Source: Balanoglossus misakiensis (Eukaryota; Animalia; Hemichordata). From it: a stretch of DNA of 64,000 nt. The DNA lies in assembly GCA_040954595.2 (NCBI GenBank), contig CM082593.2, forward strand, positions 8,344,043 through 8,408,042, given 5' to 3'. Both the position numbers and the translations under genes were made by a program. The notes below the pieces were generated by a model. The model was not told the origin of the DNA. It saw only the letters and a list, made by a program, of their open reading frames with translations, and searched no databases. Positions 24,511 through 35,868 of the stretch are shown one piece after another (within the stretch, counting starts at the first letter, position 1; every line of letters begins with the position of its first letter).

Positions 24511-24626
24511 TTGACGGAGAACTACCATTGCTATCGCAAACTTCATTGCAATAACTGCTATTTTACCTACTTGGAAACTCTTTCAAGGCATATACTGACA
24601 TATACTTTGAAGTGCTAGACACCGAG

Positions 24627-25715
24627 ATGGGAAAGCAACGAAGTAAAAGGTATGTACCCAATCCTTATCGTAGAAAATACCATCATTCTACCACTTCCCA
24701 TGTTGACGACTTGACCGTGTTGAGAAAGTCTTTATCTGCGCCCGCTATTTTGAAATCTTCGGCTGTTTCGGTCACTTTTCCCAAACGATCTAAAATTTCC
24801 CTGACTAAATCTACTTCCTTCCCAATCATTCCATCTGTTGTTTCTGATAACCGATCATGTATTCCCTCCAACGAGACTGTTCTTTCCACCACTAAAACCC
24901 CGATCGCCACTCAGAATTCTCTCCAAACTAAACCAAGCTCTCCACCTGGTCCCTCGAATCCCGCTACTAAGCCATATATTTATGACCCGTTCATGGAGTA
25001 TTTTAACGAATTCACATTTTGTATGGGTGAGAGAGAAATTCCTCCTTCCGACGCACTTGCTAACCAGAAACAACTCAGCATCGAACATCGATCCACCATG
25101 GTGGGATTTGTTACAAAGGTTTGCAGAGAGCTGGAATTTCCGGAAGAAGTCTTATTCAAAACTGTAGACTTCTTTGACAGATACCTCTTACTGGCGCCCA
25201 CCGACCAAGTTTCACCAAATCTGCTGAAGAGCATCGCAGCAGTAACTTTAGCCACCGCCATTAAAGCCTGCGAGTTTGACTACTCTGGCTTCTTGAACGA
25301 CATCGCTGCATTTTGTGATGGTGACGTCACCGTGGATGAGATGAAGATACTAGAATGGCATATTCTGACAACTTTGAAGTTTGATCTGAACAGACCCACT
25401 GCCTCCGACTTCTTACACCAAATCGTCTTGCCTGCTCAAGTCAGAGATGTGGAATCGGAAAGCCAACTCCACCTGACCGTCAAGATGGCCGAAGCTATAC
25501 TGGTTCTGTGTTTGCAGTCTTACGAACTGAGTTGCTGTACACCTTCACTTCTGGCCAAGATAGCACTTGCCATTGCAAACGACAGAAACCAACTTCCATC
25601 GCACATGAAGTATCTACTGGACGATCATCTCATGGGACACCGAGCTCGGAAAGGACAGATGACGCATTACAGAAGAAAGATGCAGTCATTTCTGGATGAC
25701 TTTTATGCCACATAA
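24627..25715 (+). CDS. Cyclin (cyclin-O-like), tandem copy 1, 362 aa from the first ATG
   Basis: Cyclin box RSTMVGFV...TVDFFDRYL...AIKACE...LEWHILTTLKFDLNRPTASDFL. DALANQKQLSIEHR, AAFCDG and CLQSYELSCCTPSLLAKIALAIA recall cyclin O ([43 protein letters not shown]). AATAAA at 25777. Confidence 0.88.
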   Translation: MGKQRSKRYVPNPYRRKYHHSTTSHVDDLTVLRKSLSAPAILKSSAVSVTFPKRSKISLTKSTSFPIIPSVVSDNRSCIPSNETVLSTTKTPIATQNSLQTKPSSPPGPSNPATKPYIYDPFMEYFNEFTFCMGEREIPPSDALANQKQLSIEHRSTMVGFVTKVCRELEFPEEVLFKTVDFFDRYLLLAPTDQVSPNLLKSIAAVTLATAIKACEFDYSGFLNDIAAFCDGDVTVDEMKILEWHILTTLKFDLNRPTASDFLHQIVLPAQVRDVESESQLHLTVKMAEAILVLCLQSYELSCCTPSLLAKIALAIANDRNQLPSHMKYLLDDHLMGHRARKGQMTHYRRKMQSFLDDFYAT

Positions 25716-27695
25716 AAATGTTGTAAACAAACCTAAATTATAATATCGAAAACTATCTTCCCACCCTAATGCATTCAATAAAAGCCTCATGATATTCTCG
25801 AGAAATAATACGATTTAAAGCATAACGGATAAACAGTTTCAATCGAAATATATCTTTCACCAGACTTTAGCTTTGATTCACTTTAACAGGTATGTATTTC
25901 CATGGCAACTGTGTTCATTTGGTAAACTGTACCTTACATATAATCTCCTTTCACATCATCCTCACATGGTTGGGATATCTGAAAAAGTTACGTGTCACAT
26001 TCATCAGAACTTCAATGGTAATTATTTAAAAATTGAAACTGCGCCCCTTTCTTTAAAAAAAACGCTAAGAACAAGTAGTAAAACCGGAAACGTATCTCCA
26101 AATGGCAAGAGATAGGCTGGCTTAGGTTCCCTCATATCAAGATTATATAAAAAGAAATTGATTTGTCAGATAAACATTTTAATCGAGGACAAAATATGAA
26201 AAACTATTCATGAACAATTAACAGAAGTCCACTCTTAATGTGAAGGGCGGCCAACTGCAGTATAAAATTGTCTAGGTCTTAATAGAAATCCATGAATTCT
26301 GAAAACTTCTCTAATACGACATTTTGGTTATCGTAAAAAACTGTCATGAAACATTCCTAAAAAATTATTGCGCAAAATGATATTATCATAAACACCAAAT
26401 TTCGATTGAATTAATTTCGGACCTGTTATTGGATTTGACCGTAGGCCTAATCAGCTGACATTCAATCTTTTGTTGCCTGAACTCTTGAAAATGTGTAATT
26501 AAAGTTAATTATTACTTTTTAAAACCCTTCATATTACATTCATAACAACGGCAAAATGTGAGAAATGTGTAGCTAGGCAAGCATGATTTTGAGGTCAGTT
26601 AGTGGAATAGCATTTGTTTGATATCGACAGTAAATATGGGCAGATGCCTGTTTGTTCGAGTTCCACAAAACAACCCAACGTATTCCTCGACGAAATCAAA
26701 AATGGAAAATTTTCCCCCGTCTTCGAAAATATGTATTTTGATAAATAAAATTGTAAGATATATCACAACTTCGACTCCGGATATTTTAAAATAATTTATT
26801 GATAGAATTAAGCGGACTTCATTCGACATACACACTTCACAACATTTTTGTACTCATAATCAGCCTACAAAGGACGCAACAAAATCACTCCAACGTCCTT
26901 GCGTCCACTACGTATCAATGAATAATTTTATTTGATGACTGTACAGGAAACGTTGCAATTGATACAACCCGACCGTGGTTTTCTTGGACAAATCGCACGA
27001 TTCTTGACGATTCCATGAAACATCAGGAAGCTTACGCTCCGTCAAACACGTGTTTTTAACATAATTAGTATTTTCCCCCGATTTTTCTCTCGAAAGCGTG
27101 CCCGTAACATAAATTGTGCACCAAACCAGTGTCATATACATAATTTTCAAAAAAGCTTAATATCATGTTCTTTTCCTTCATGGGTGCAAAAAAAAACACC
27201 ACAAACAAATGCAAACACATTACCCACTACAACAACCTACTTTCGCATCAGAGAAGGGAAAGAAACCCGAAAAGAATACTGCTCGATGTGTGTAATTCTT
27301 TGCGTTTGTGTAGGCCTAGTCAGTTTCCATTAAGGATGTTAACAATTGACGTCGGATGTCAAATCATTGCCGATTATCTCTATCGTGGGAACGCTAAAAT
27401 TGTGACATCATTTCGAACATTCTCTGTGATGGGACTCTCTCCGCATGCGCAAACAACAGAGAGTCCTGGAACTCTCGAAGAACTAAAACGATCTCCGCGT
27501 GCTGTCGAACATTTTGGCCTCGATCGGAAGAAAACAAATTCCTTCTTTATTTGCTGGTTGTTTGAGATGCTCAACACAAACTCGAAGTCTGGACGAGGTT
27601 AGTCGTTGTGACGTAAAGGAAGAATCCGTAACCATGGTACCGATCAAACTGTTTACGACAGCATTGACGGAGAACTACCATTGCTAGACACCGAG

Positions 27696-28784
27696 ATGGG
27701 AAAGCAACGAAGTAAAAGGTATGTACCTAATCCTTATCGTAGAAAATACCATCATTCTACCACTTCCCATGTTGACGACTTGACCGTGTTGAGAAAGTCT
27801 TTATCTGCGCCCGCTATTTTGAAATCTTCGGCTGTTTCGGTCACTTTTCCCAAACGATCAAAAATTTCCCTGACTAAATCTACTTCCTTCCCAATCATTC
27901 CATCTGTTGTTTCTGATAACCCATCATGTATTCCCTCCAACGAGACTGTTCTTTCCACCACTAAAACCCCGATCGCCACTCAGAATTCTCTCCAAACTAA
28001 ACCAAGCTCTCCACCTGGTCCCTCGAATCCCGCTACTAAGCCATATATTTATGACCCGTTCATGGAGTATTTTAACGAATTCACATTTTGTATGGGTGAG
28101 AGAGAAATTCCTCCTTCCGACGCACTTGCTAACCAGAAACAACTCAGCATCGAACATCGATCCACCATGGTGGGATTTGTTACAAAGGTTTGCAGAGAGT
28201 TGGAATTTCCGGAAGAAGTCTTATTCAAAACTGTAGACTTCTTTGACAGATACCTCTTACTGGCGCCCACCGACCAAGTTTCACCAAATCTGCTGAAGAG
28301 CATCGCAGCAGTAACTTTAGCCACCGCCATTAAAGCCTGCGAGTTTGACTACTCGGGCTTCCTGAACGACATCGCAGCATTTTGTGATGGTGACGTCACC
28401 GTGGATGAGATGAAGATACTCGAATGGCATATTCTGACAACTTTGAAGTTTGATCTGAACAAACCCACTGCCTCCGACTTCTTACATCAAATCGTCTTGC
28501 CTGCTCAAGTCACAGATGTGGAATCGGAAAGCAAACTCCACCTGACCGTCAAGATGGCCGAAGCTATACTGGTTCTGTGTTTGCAGTCTTACGAACTGAG
28601 TTGCTGTACACCTTCACTTCTGGCCAAGATAGCACTTGCCATTGCAAACGACAGAAACCAACTTCCATCGCACATGAAGTATCTACTCACAGATCATCTC
28701 ATGGGACACCGAGCTCGGAAAGGACAGATGACGCATTACAGAAGAAAGATGCAGTCATTTCTGGACGAGTTTTATGCCACATAA
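27696..28784 (+). CDS. Cyclin (cyclin-O-like), tandem copy 2, 362 aa
   Basis: Intact ORF differing from copy 1 at about 6 residues. AATAAA at 28852. Confidence 0.88.
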   Translation: MGKQRSKRYVPNPYRRKYHHSTTSHVDDLTVLRKSLSAPAILKSSAVSVTFPKRSKISLTKSTSFPIIPSVVSDNPSCIPSNETVLSTTKTPIATQNSLQTKPSSPPGPSNPATKPYIYDPFMEYFNEFTFCMGEREIPPSDALANQKQLSIEHRSTMVGFVTKVCRELEFPEEVLFKTVDFFDRYLLLAPTDQVSPNLLKSIAAVTLATAIKACEFDYSGFLNDIAAFCDGDVTVDEMKILEWHILTTLKFDLNKPTASDFLHQIVLPAQVTDVESESKLHLTVKMAEAILVLCLQSYELSCCTPSLLAKIALAIANDRNQLPSHMKYLLTDHLMGHRARKGQMTHYRRKMQSFLDEFYAT

Positions 28785-30218
28785 AAATGTTGTAAACAAA
28801 CCTAAATTATAATATCGAAAACTATCTTCCAAATTTAGGCCTAATGCGTTCAATAAAAGCCTTATGATATACACGAGAATTAACACGATTTAAATTAAGC
28901 ATAACGGAAAAACAGTTTCAATCTTAGATTCTATTTTTCACCAGACTTTAGCTTAATTCAATTCAACAGGTATGTATTTCCATGGCAACTGTGTTCATTT
29001 GGTAAACTGTACCTTACATATAATGTACTTTTCACACCATTCTCATATGTTTGGGATATCTGAAGAAATTATGTGTCACATTCTTCAGAATTTCAATGGA
29101 AATTATTTTGAAACTGTAAAGTGCGCCCCTTTCCTAAAAACGTTAAGAACAAGTGTTAAAACCGTGATAAAGTGATAAATAAAATTGTAAGATATATCAC
29201 AACTTCGACTCCTAATATTTTAAAATAATTTATTGATAGAATTAAGCGAAATTCATTCGACATACACAATTCCGAAATTTGTTGTATTGAATGATAAAAC
29301 TGCCTACAAAGGACGCAACAAAATCACCCCAACGTCCTTGCGTCCACTACGTATCAATGAATAATTTTATTTGATGACTGTACAGGAAACGTTGCAATTG
29401 ATACAACCCGACCGTGTTTTTTTGATAAATCGAACGATTCTTGACGATTCCATGAAATATCAGTAAGCTTACACTCCGCCAAACACGTGTTTTTTAAAAC
29501 AAAATTACTATTTTTCCCCAGAGTTTTCTCTCGAAAGCGTGCCTGTAACATAAATTGTGCACCAAACCAGTGTCATATAGTTTTTCAAAAAAGCTTAATA
29601 TCATGTTCTTTTCCTTCATGGGTGCAAAAAAACACACACCACAAACAAATGCAAACACATTACCCACTACAACAACCGACTTTCGCATCAGAGAAGGGAA
29701 AGAAACCCCAAAAGAATACCGCTCGATTTGTGTAATTCTTTGCGTTTGTATAGGCCTAGTCAGTTTCCATTAAAGATGTTAACATTTGATGTCGGATGTC
29801 AAATCATTGCCGATTATCTCTATCGTGGGAACGCTAAATTTTGGCGTCATTTCGAACATTCTCAGTGATAGGACTCTCTCCGCATGCGCACACAACAGAG
29901 AGTCCTGGAACTCTCGAAGAACTCAACCGATCTCCGCGTGCTGTCGAACATTTTGGCCTCGATCGGAAGAAATCAAATTCCTTCTTTATTTGCTGGTTGT
30001 TTGAGATGCTCAACACAAACTCGAAGTCTGGACGAGGTTAGTCCTTGTGACGTAAAGGAAGAATCCGTAACCATGGTACCGATCAAACTGTTTACGACAG
30101 CATTGACGGAGAACTCCCATTGCTATCGCAAACTTCCTCGCAATAACTGCTATTTTACCTACTTGGGAACTCTTTCAAGGCATATACTGACATATACTTT
30201 GAAGTGCTAGACATCGAG

Positions 30219-31310
30219 ATGGGAAAGCAACGAAGTAAAAGGTATGTACCTAATCCTTATCGTAGAAAATACCATCATTCTACCACTTCCCATGTTCTTG
30301 ACGAGATAACCGAGTTGAGAAAATCTTTATCTGCGCCCGCTATTTTGAAATCTTCGGCTGTTTCGGGCACTTTTCCCAAACCATCTAAAATTTCCCTGAC
30401 TAAATCTACTTCCTTCCCAATCATTCCATCTGTTGTTTCTGATAACCGATCATGTATTCCCTCCAACGAGACTGTTCTTTCCACCACTAAAACCCCGAGA
30501 GCTTCTCAGAATTTTCTCCCGACTAAACCAAGCTCTCCACCTGGTCCCTCGAATCCCGCTACTAAGCCATATATTTATGACCCGTTCATGGAGTATTTTA
30601 ACGAATTCACATTTTGTATGAGTGAGAGAGAAATTCCTCCTTCCGACGCACTTGCTAACCAGAAACAACTCAGCATCGAACATCGATCCACCATGGTGGG
30701 ATTTGTTACAAAGGTTTGCAGAGAGCTGGAATTTCCGGAAGAAGTCTTATTCAAAACTGTAGACTTCTTTGACAGATACCTCTTACTGGCGCCCACCGAC
30801 CAAGTTTCACCAAATCTGCTGAAGAGCATCGCAGCAGTGACTTTAGCCACCGCCATTAAAGCCTGCGAGTTTGACTACTCTGGCTTCCTGAACGACATCG
30901 CTGCATTTTGTGATGGTGACGTCACCGTGGATGAGATGAAGATACTAGAATGGCATATTCTGACAACTTTGAAGTTTGATCTGAACAGACCCACTGCCTC
31001 CGACTTCTTACACCAAATCGTCTTGCCTGCTCAAGTCACAGATGTGGAATCTGAAAGCAAACTACACCTGACCGTCAAGATGGCCGAAGCTATACTGGTT
31101 CTGTGTTTGCAGTCTTACGAACTCAGTTGCTGTACACCTTCACTTCTGGCCAAGATAGCACTTGCCATTGCAAACGACAGAAACCAACTTCCATCGCACA
31201 TGAAGTATCTACTGGACGATCATCTCATGGGACACCGAGCTCGGAAAGGACAGATGACGCATTACAGAAGAAAGATGCAGTCATTTCTGGATGACTTTTA
31301 TGCCACATAA
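30219..31310 (+). CDS. Cyclin (cyclin-O-like), tandem copy 3, 363 aa
   Basis: Intact ORF with one extra codon and clustered N-terminal substitutions. The poly(A) hexamer position reads AAAAAA. Confidence 0.88.
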   Translation: MGKQRSKRYVPNPYRRKYHHSTTSHVLDEITELRKSLSAPAILKSSAVSGTFPKPSKISLTKSTSFPIIPSVVSDNRSCIPSNETVLSTTKTPRASQNFLPTKPSSPPGPSNPATKPYIYDPFMEYFNEFTFCMSEREIPPSDALANQKQLSIEHRSTMVGFVTKVCRELEFPEEVLFKTVDFFDRYLLLAPTDQVSPNLLKSIAAVTLATAIKACEFDYSGFLNDIAAFCDGDVTVDEMKILEWHILTTLKFDLNRPTASDFLHQIVLPAQVTDVESESKLHLTVKMAEAILVLCLQSYELSCCTPSLLAKIALAIANDRNQLPSHMKYLLDDHLMGHRARKGQMTHYRRKMQSFLDDFYAT

Positions 31311-32363
31311 AAATGTTGTAAACAAACCTGAAATATAATATCTTTTTAGGCCTAATGCATTCAAAAAAGCCTCATGATATACACAAGAATTAACACGATT
31401 TAAAGCATAACGGATTAAACTGTTTCAAGCAGAGATTCTATTTTTCACGAGACTAAAGCTTTCATTTAACAGGTATATATTTCCATGGCAACTGTTTTCA
31501 TGTTAATTGCACTTTGCACACAAATTTTTCGTATGCATATTCTTATTTCGCACTATCGTCCCAAGCTTATGTTAAGAAACCCAAAATATCTGTCACAACA
31601 TTGAACACAGAAACGGAACCGTTAGATACCACGTCTTTTCTGGCAACCCGTATGAGCTAGAAAACAATAAAATTCCTGTATGATAAAAATACGAACTAGA
31701 AAGCATCATGGTAAACCTTAAATCGTTTACCCGATAGTAGTTGGCGAACTTCCACATTGTTTCGACAACTGCACAGACCAAAACGTATCAATAATTTAAA
31801 GCAAGCCAATATTTCTATTATAAACACTAATTCAAACACTAACCTGTGTGTTGGACCGTCTGCAGTTTTAAAACCCATCACTTCAGGTATCTGTGCAATA
31901 TTCTACGCAACTGGGGTAAAATTCTTGCCGTGTTATCCACGACAACTGAGCGAGTAAACGTTCAGACTAGAAGTCGCGAGATCAAGAAAGTTCGAGGTCG
32001 CGCCCGGCCGGTGTAGAACGAACACTCCGTGCAGGCACGCACAAGACTTGCACGCGCACGACTCTTATATAATTTCTGCCTCGACCGGGGGTCGTACGTA
32101 CGACATAGCCCCAATCGGATTAAATTCAGATGAAAAATCACTATATTAACTTTCACGTCACATTGTCAAACAAATGTTATTTTGAAGAGCCAGAAATGTT
32201 TGCGTGATATCTAAATCTTGCATTCCCTGTTGTTTGATTACACATTCACCTTTATTCATATTATGGGGCAAATATAGGCCCTAACAGTGCATTTGCGCTT
32301 TATTACCATGGCTTGCATGTATTCATGGCCATTATACACTGATATAATATAATGCATAATCAC

Positions 32364-32388
32364 TGGGGGGGGGGGGGGGGGGGGGGGG
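32364..32388. repeat. Poly-G tract
   Basis: About 25 consecutive G. Confidence 0.9.
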
Positions 32389-33970
32389 TTAGCGGCGGAG
32401 AAAGTTCCGGGAAATCCTTTCACCGGTATTCAACCGTAGGTGGCGCTGTTTAGATAAATCGTGCACTTTCTACAAGTTTTGTGTATTGAATCTCAAAAGA
32501 ATTTCATGAAACAGGGTTTTGTGTTCCTTTTATATGAAAACCTGGTAGTAGCCAACAAAAGGCAAATACATACAACATGCATTTTATCTATTCAATGGTG
32601 AAATTTTGCAGTTCGAGTCATGGCTGATATAAAATGTATCAAAAGGAGTGAATGTCCAGCAGTTATTTCCAACGTGAAGGAATCATGTCTGTGGCCCGGC
32701 ATCTCAAAAGAACTACCATATTCGATTCTGAGCAACATGGATTTGAGTAGTCATCATTGTTTGTCCACCTCTCACTTGTCCAGATGAACAATGTCCGATC
32801 AAAATTCAAAGTGTTGTCATCCTTTATAGTCATTAGTGTACCACTAAACAAAATCTGGCATAAAATTTACAGTACCTACACTTAGTTTATAATGCCATAA
32901 ATTCAGCCAATAATGAAAACAACTGTCGAGTCAATATCTTCATCAATAGCTTTTATATTCACAAAAATGTTCATGGATTTTATCCAAGTATTAAGTATAG
33001 TGACCGATCAATTTTATTCAAGCACTGCATTTAATTTCTTTTGACTGAGCTATGTTCAAAGTTTCATTAAAATGGTGATGATAGTAGTCACAGGTTTCAA
33101 TTCTCCATGTAATCAAATGGGAAGAGATAAATGTCACATACTCAAATGGACACAAATCCTTAGCCCTTTCAGCACCATTGTGTTCAGTCAAAACCCATTG
33201 TTTCTGTGTAAAGCTAAGGAGTTGCCTTTCGTCCAGTTAGCATGTATATATACACTTGGCAAAATGTGTGATCTACATCTTTGCCAGTTAAAATGTTCGT
33301 TTGTTTGATATTTTGTTGTTGTTGTTTGTTGTGGGGGGGGGGGGGAGGGTCCTTGACTCTTGTCAGCATTTGGAATACTGTTTAGATAATCCATGCCATT
33401 GGACGATGATGGATGCAATGTGCCAGGTTCCCATGACAATGTGGTATGTTTTGAGCTTACCATCTTCAAGATCAGATCTTGTTTCAGTAATTACCACTGT
33501 GTTCCAGGTGCAAATGTTGATCGTGTGGCACATACCACATATTAAAGCCCCTACAGCTGCCAAATTTCACATATTTTTTTCCACAGTAAAAAACTTCAAA
33601 TATATTCCCTATCCTCTAAAAACCTCACCATTAAGCCATATTACTTGCATTTGCATCAGTTTGTCATCTCATGGCGACGCATACCACGATAGCTGCATAC
33701 TGTTTGTATGGAGGTTGATTAAATTGGTGCAGCACCGTTTTAATACATAGCGTGTTCAACATGCCGTCACAATCAGGCATAGATAGGGTGTTCATGTATA
33801 CCTATCAGTAAGCTTATTTTGATGGACCAAATTAAGTTGGAAAATAAATTAATAAAAAAGTGGCAGCTCTAGAGGCTTTAAATAATTCGTATCACACATC
33901 TCGAGTAGAACACCATGACACCACCTCTTATGCTCTTTCTCTTTCAATAAGCAACAATCTCTATCACCCA

Positions 33971-34062
33971 TTAACCCTTTCACCCCCAGTTCCCTCTTCC
34001 GAGGTCCAACTATACCATAGGTAACAATTGTTTTGGACTGAACCATGGTGGTGAAAGGGTAA
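33971..34062. mobile_element. ~90-bp piggyBac-like MITE
   Basis: TTAA-CCCTTTCACC...GGTGAAAGGG-TAAA. A second copy lies at ~46908-46992. Confidence 0.7.
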
Positions 34063-34093
34063 AGCCAAGACAACACACAATATACATCATATA

Positions 34094-34223
34094 ATAATCA
34101 TAATTATTACTCATCCTGCAATAATCATAATTATCACTCATTTCAATAACGATCAGTCACACATTCTGTAGTAATCATAATTATCACAAATCTTGTAATA
34201 ATCATAATTATCACCCATCAGCA
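34094..34223. repeat. Degenerate ~26-bp minisatellite (ataatcataattatcac...)
   Basis: About five units are visible. Confidence 0.7.
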
Positions 34224-35868
34224 ACAACAGAAAGGGTCATGTCAAGTGATATAAATTCTTAAAAATAAATAATGATTTCAAAGTCTGCAAAGGATTGTGA
34301 TCAAGAATATGATAGCAGAAAAGACCCAGTCCAAGTACTGGTCAAATTTATATTAAAAGACAATTACACTTTTCAGCAATAACAAAATTACTTTAGCATC
34401 TCTCATAGTAAGCTGCCGTGTACAACCATATAAAATTGTGCTAAAATACAGTAACTTAACTGCACACAAGATAAATCTTTCTATAGGAAAAATTTCTACA
34501 AGTATTACAATGTCACATACACTCATAAAAACACTATAGTATATATTCTACATTAAATAAAGGGCTTTTTTAATTTATAGATGTGAAGTCAAGTTCACAG
34601 TCAACGCTGTCATGGCTGTGTCGAGTCAATTTTTTTTTCTTTGACAGTTCAAAGAATTTTTCTTCTGTCGGTCGCGGCCCAAGTGAGACTACGTTTTAGT
34701 CCATAATTTTGTGTTTGAAAATGACACTGTGATTGGCTTCCTGGCTCCTGCCAGTCAGAATGGACCACAGGCCCTCATTAACTTATTCCGTGGTGATAAT
34801 ATACAGAACATTCTTGTGACGTACTGATGAGAAAAACAATGGGTTAAAATGTTCTGTAACAAACTGTTAGGGCAGGCAATATGTTACCCAAGCAGTTATT
34901 TTCTCACCTGATAAAATAATATGTTACATCAGTTTGGTTGATAATGATCAACTGCACAGCAGGTTAATGCGTTCAGGCCAAATGAATGTCACTAGCAATT
35001 CCTTTGAATAAATGTCTGTCCATAAACAAATCTTTGCTGGAAACTCAACATGGAGCTAAGCAACATGAAATTTACAGGATCTGTGAAATTTACCTCCAGG
35101 TGAGTTACGAGGTATGATAAAATGCTGGTCTACAAATGTTGCAGTTTTCTGCCGTATGCAGCGATTAAAACCCATTCTTTGATCGGACTGAAACACAACT
35201 ACGTGCAGTCAACTTGACATGATAATATAGTTAAGTCATGTTTACCATCACCAGGGCAACAGATGTGGTTGTCATGGTAATTCTTCACAGCCTGATTCCA
35301 AACATTATAAATATGGAGTTGGATTGTCTCACTCAATTATAACCAGCTACGCAAGTTATTTTGTACTGTGGTATCAAACTTACAATGTAGTTGGCACACG
35401 ACCTACAGAATGTAACCATTAGCAACTATTTACAGTAAAAATAACAAATATTTTATACAATACATCCAAACTTAACTTACTTTAAAATTTCAGTAATTTT
35501 TCACAAATATGAAGCTGCCATTACGGGTCAAAAATTATATAAATTTAAAGATAGTTACTTGAAGATTTGTCTTCTGGTGAATCTTGATTCTTGAAATATC
35601 TAATAAAGAGACTAGAATGAACTTGTAACTGGAAGAGAGACTATGAGCACCATGACAACTACAGAAAATACAGAAAACTTAATTCTCATAAAATTGTGGA
35701 AAAGTGTACCAAAAATGAGTTATCTGAATAATTTCTGGAAAAAATGACAGAAATCTGAAGGTGCTATAATGTCTGCTATGGATGACACAGAGATCCAAAA
35801 GCTGATTCTCTCTCTCTCTCTCTCAATATAATAATGCTCATTCCTTGTCTCTGACTATTGTCACAATA

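Larger units (their letters stand above)
24100..31520 (+). repeat. Tandem segmental triplication carrying the cyclin genes
   Basis: ATG-to-ATG spacing is 3069 and 2523 nt. The 5' and 3' flanks are homologous among units. Confidence 0.92.

Noticed and set aside
24612-24626. ORF-track GTG/TTG starts (MLDTE) for the cyclins
   Set aside because: Eukaryotic locus; the first ATG is 15 nt downstream. These codons would be translated only through the proposed upstream exon.
24683-31294. Repeated short antisense and alternate-frame ORFs in each cyclin copy
   Set aside because: They recur only because the DNA is duplicated; no independent coding signal.
24100-31520. Vertebrate multiciliation cluster synteny (MCIDAS, CDC20B, miR-449) or a retrocopy origin
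   Set aside because: No such neighbours recognised in the window, and no poly(A) tail or target duplication flanks the cyclins.
34094-34223. Spaced direct repeats resembling a CRISPR array
   Set aside because: Eukaryotic context, degenerate units, very short spacers and no cas genes; it is a minisatellite.
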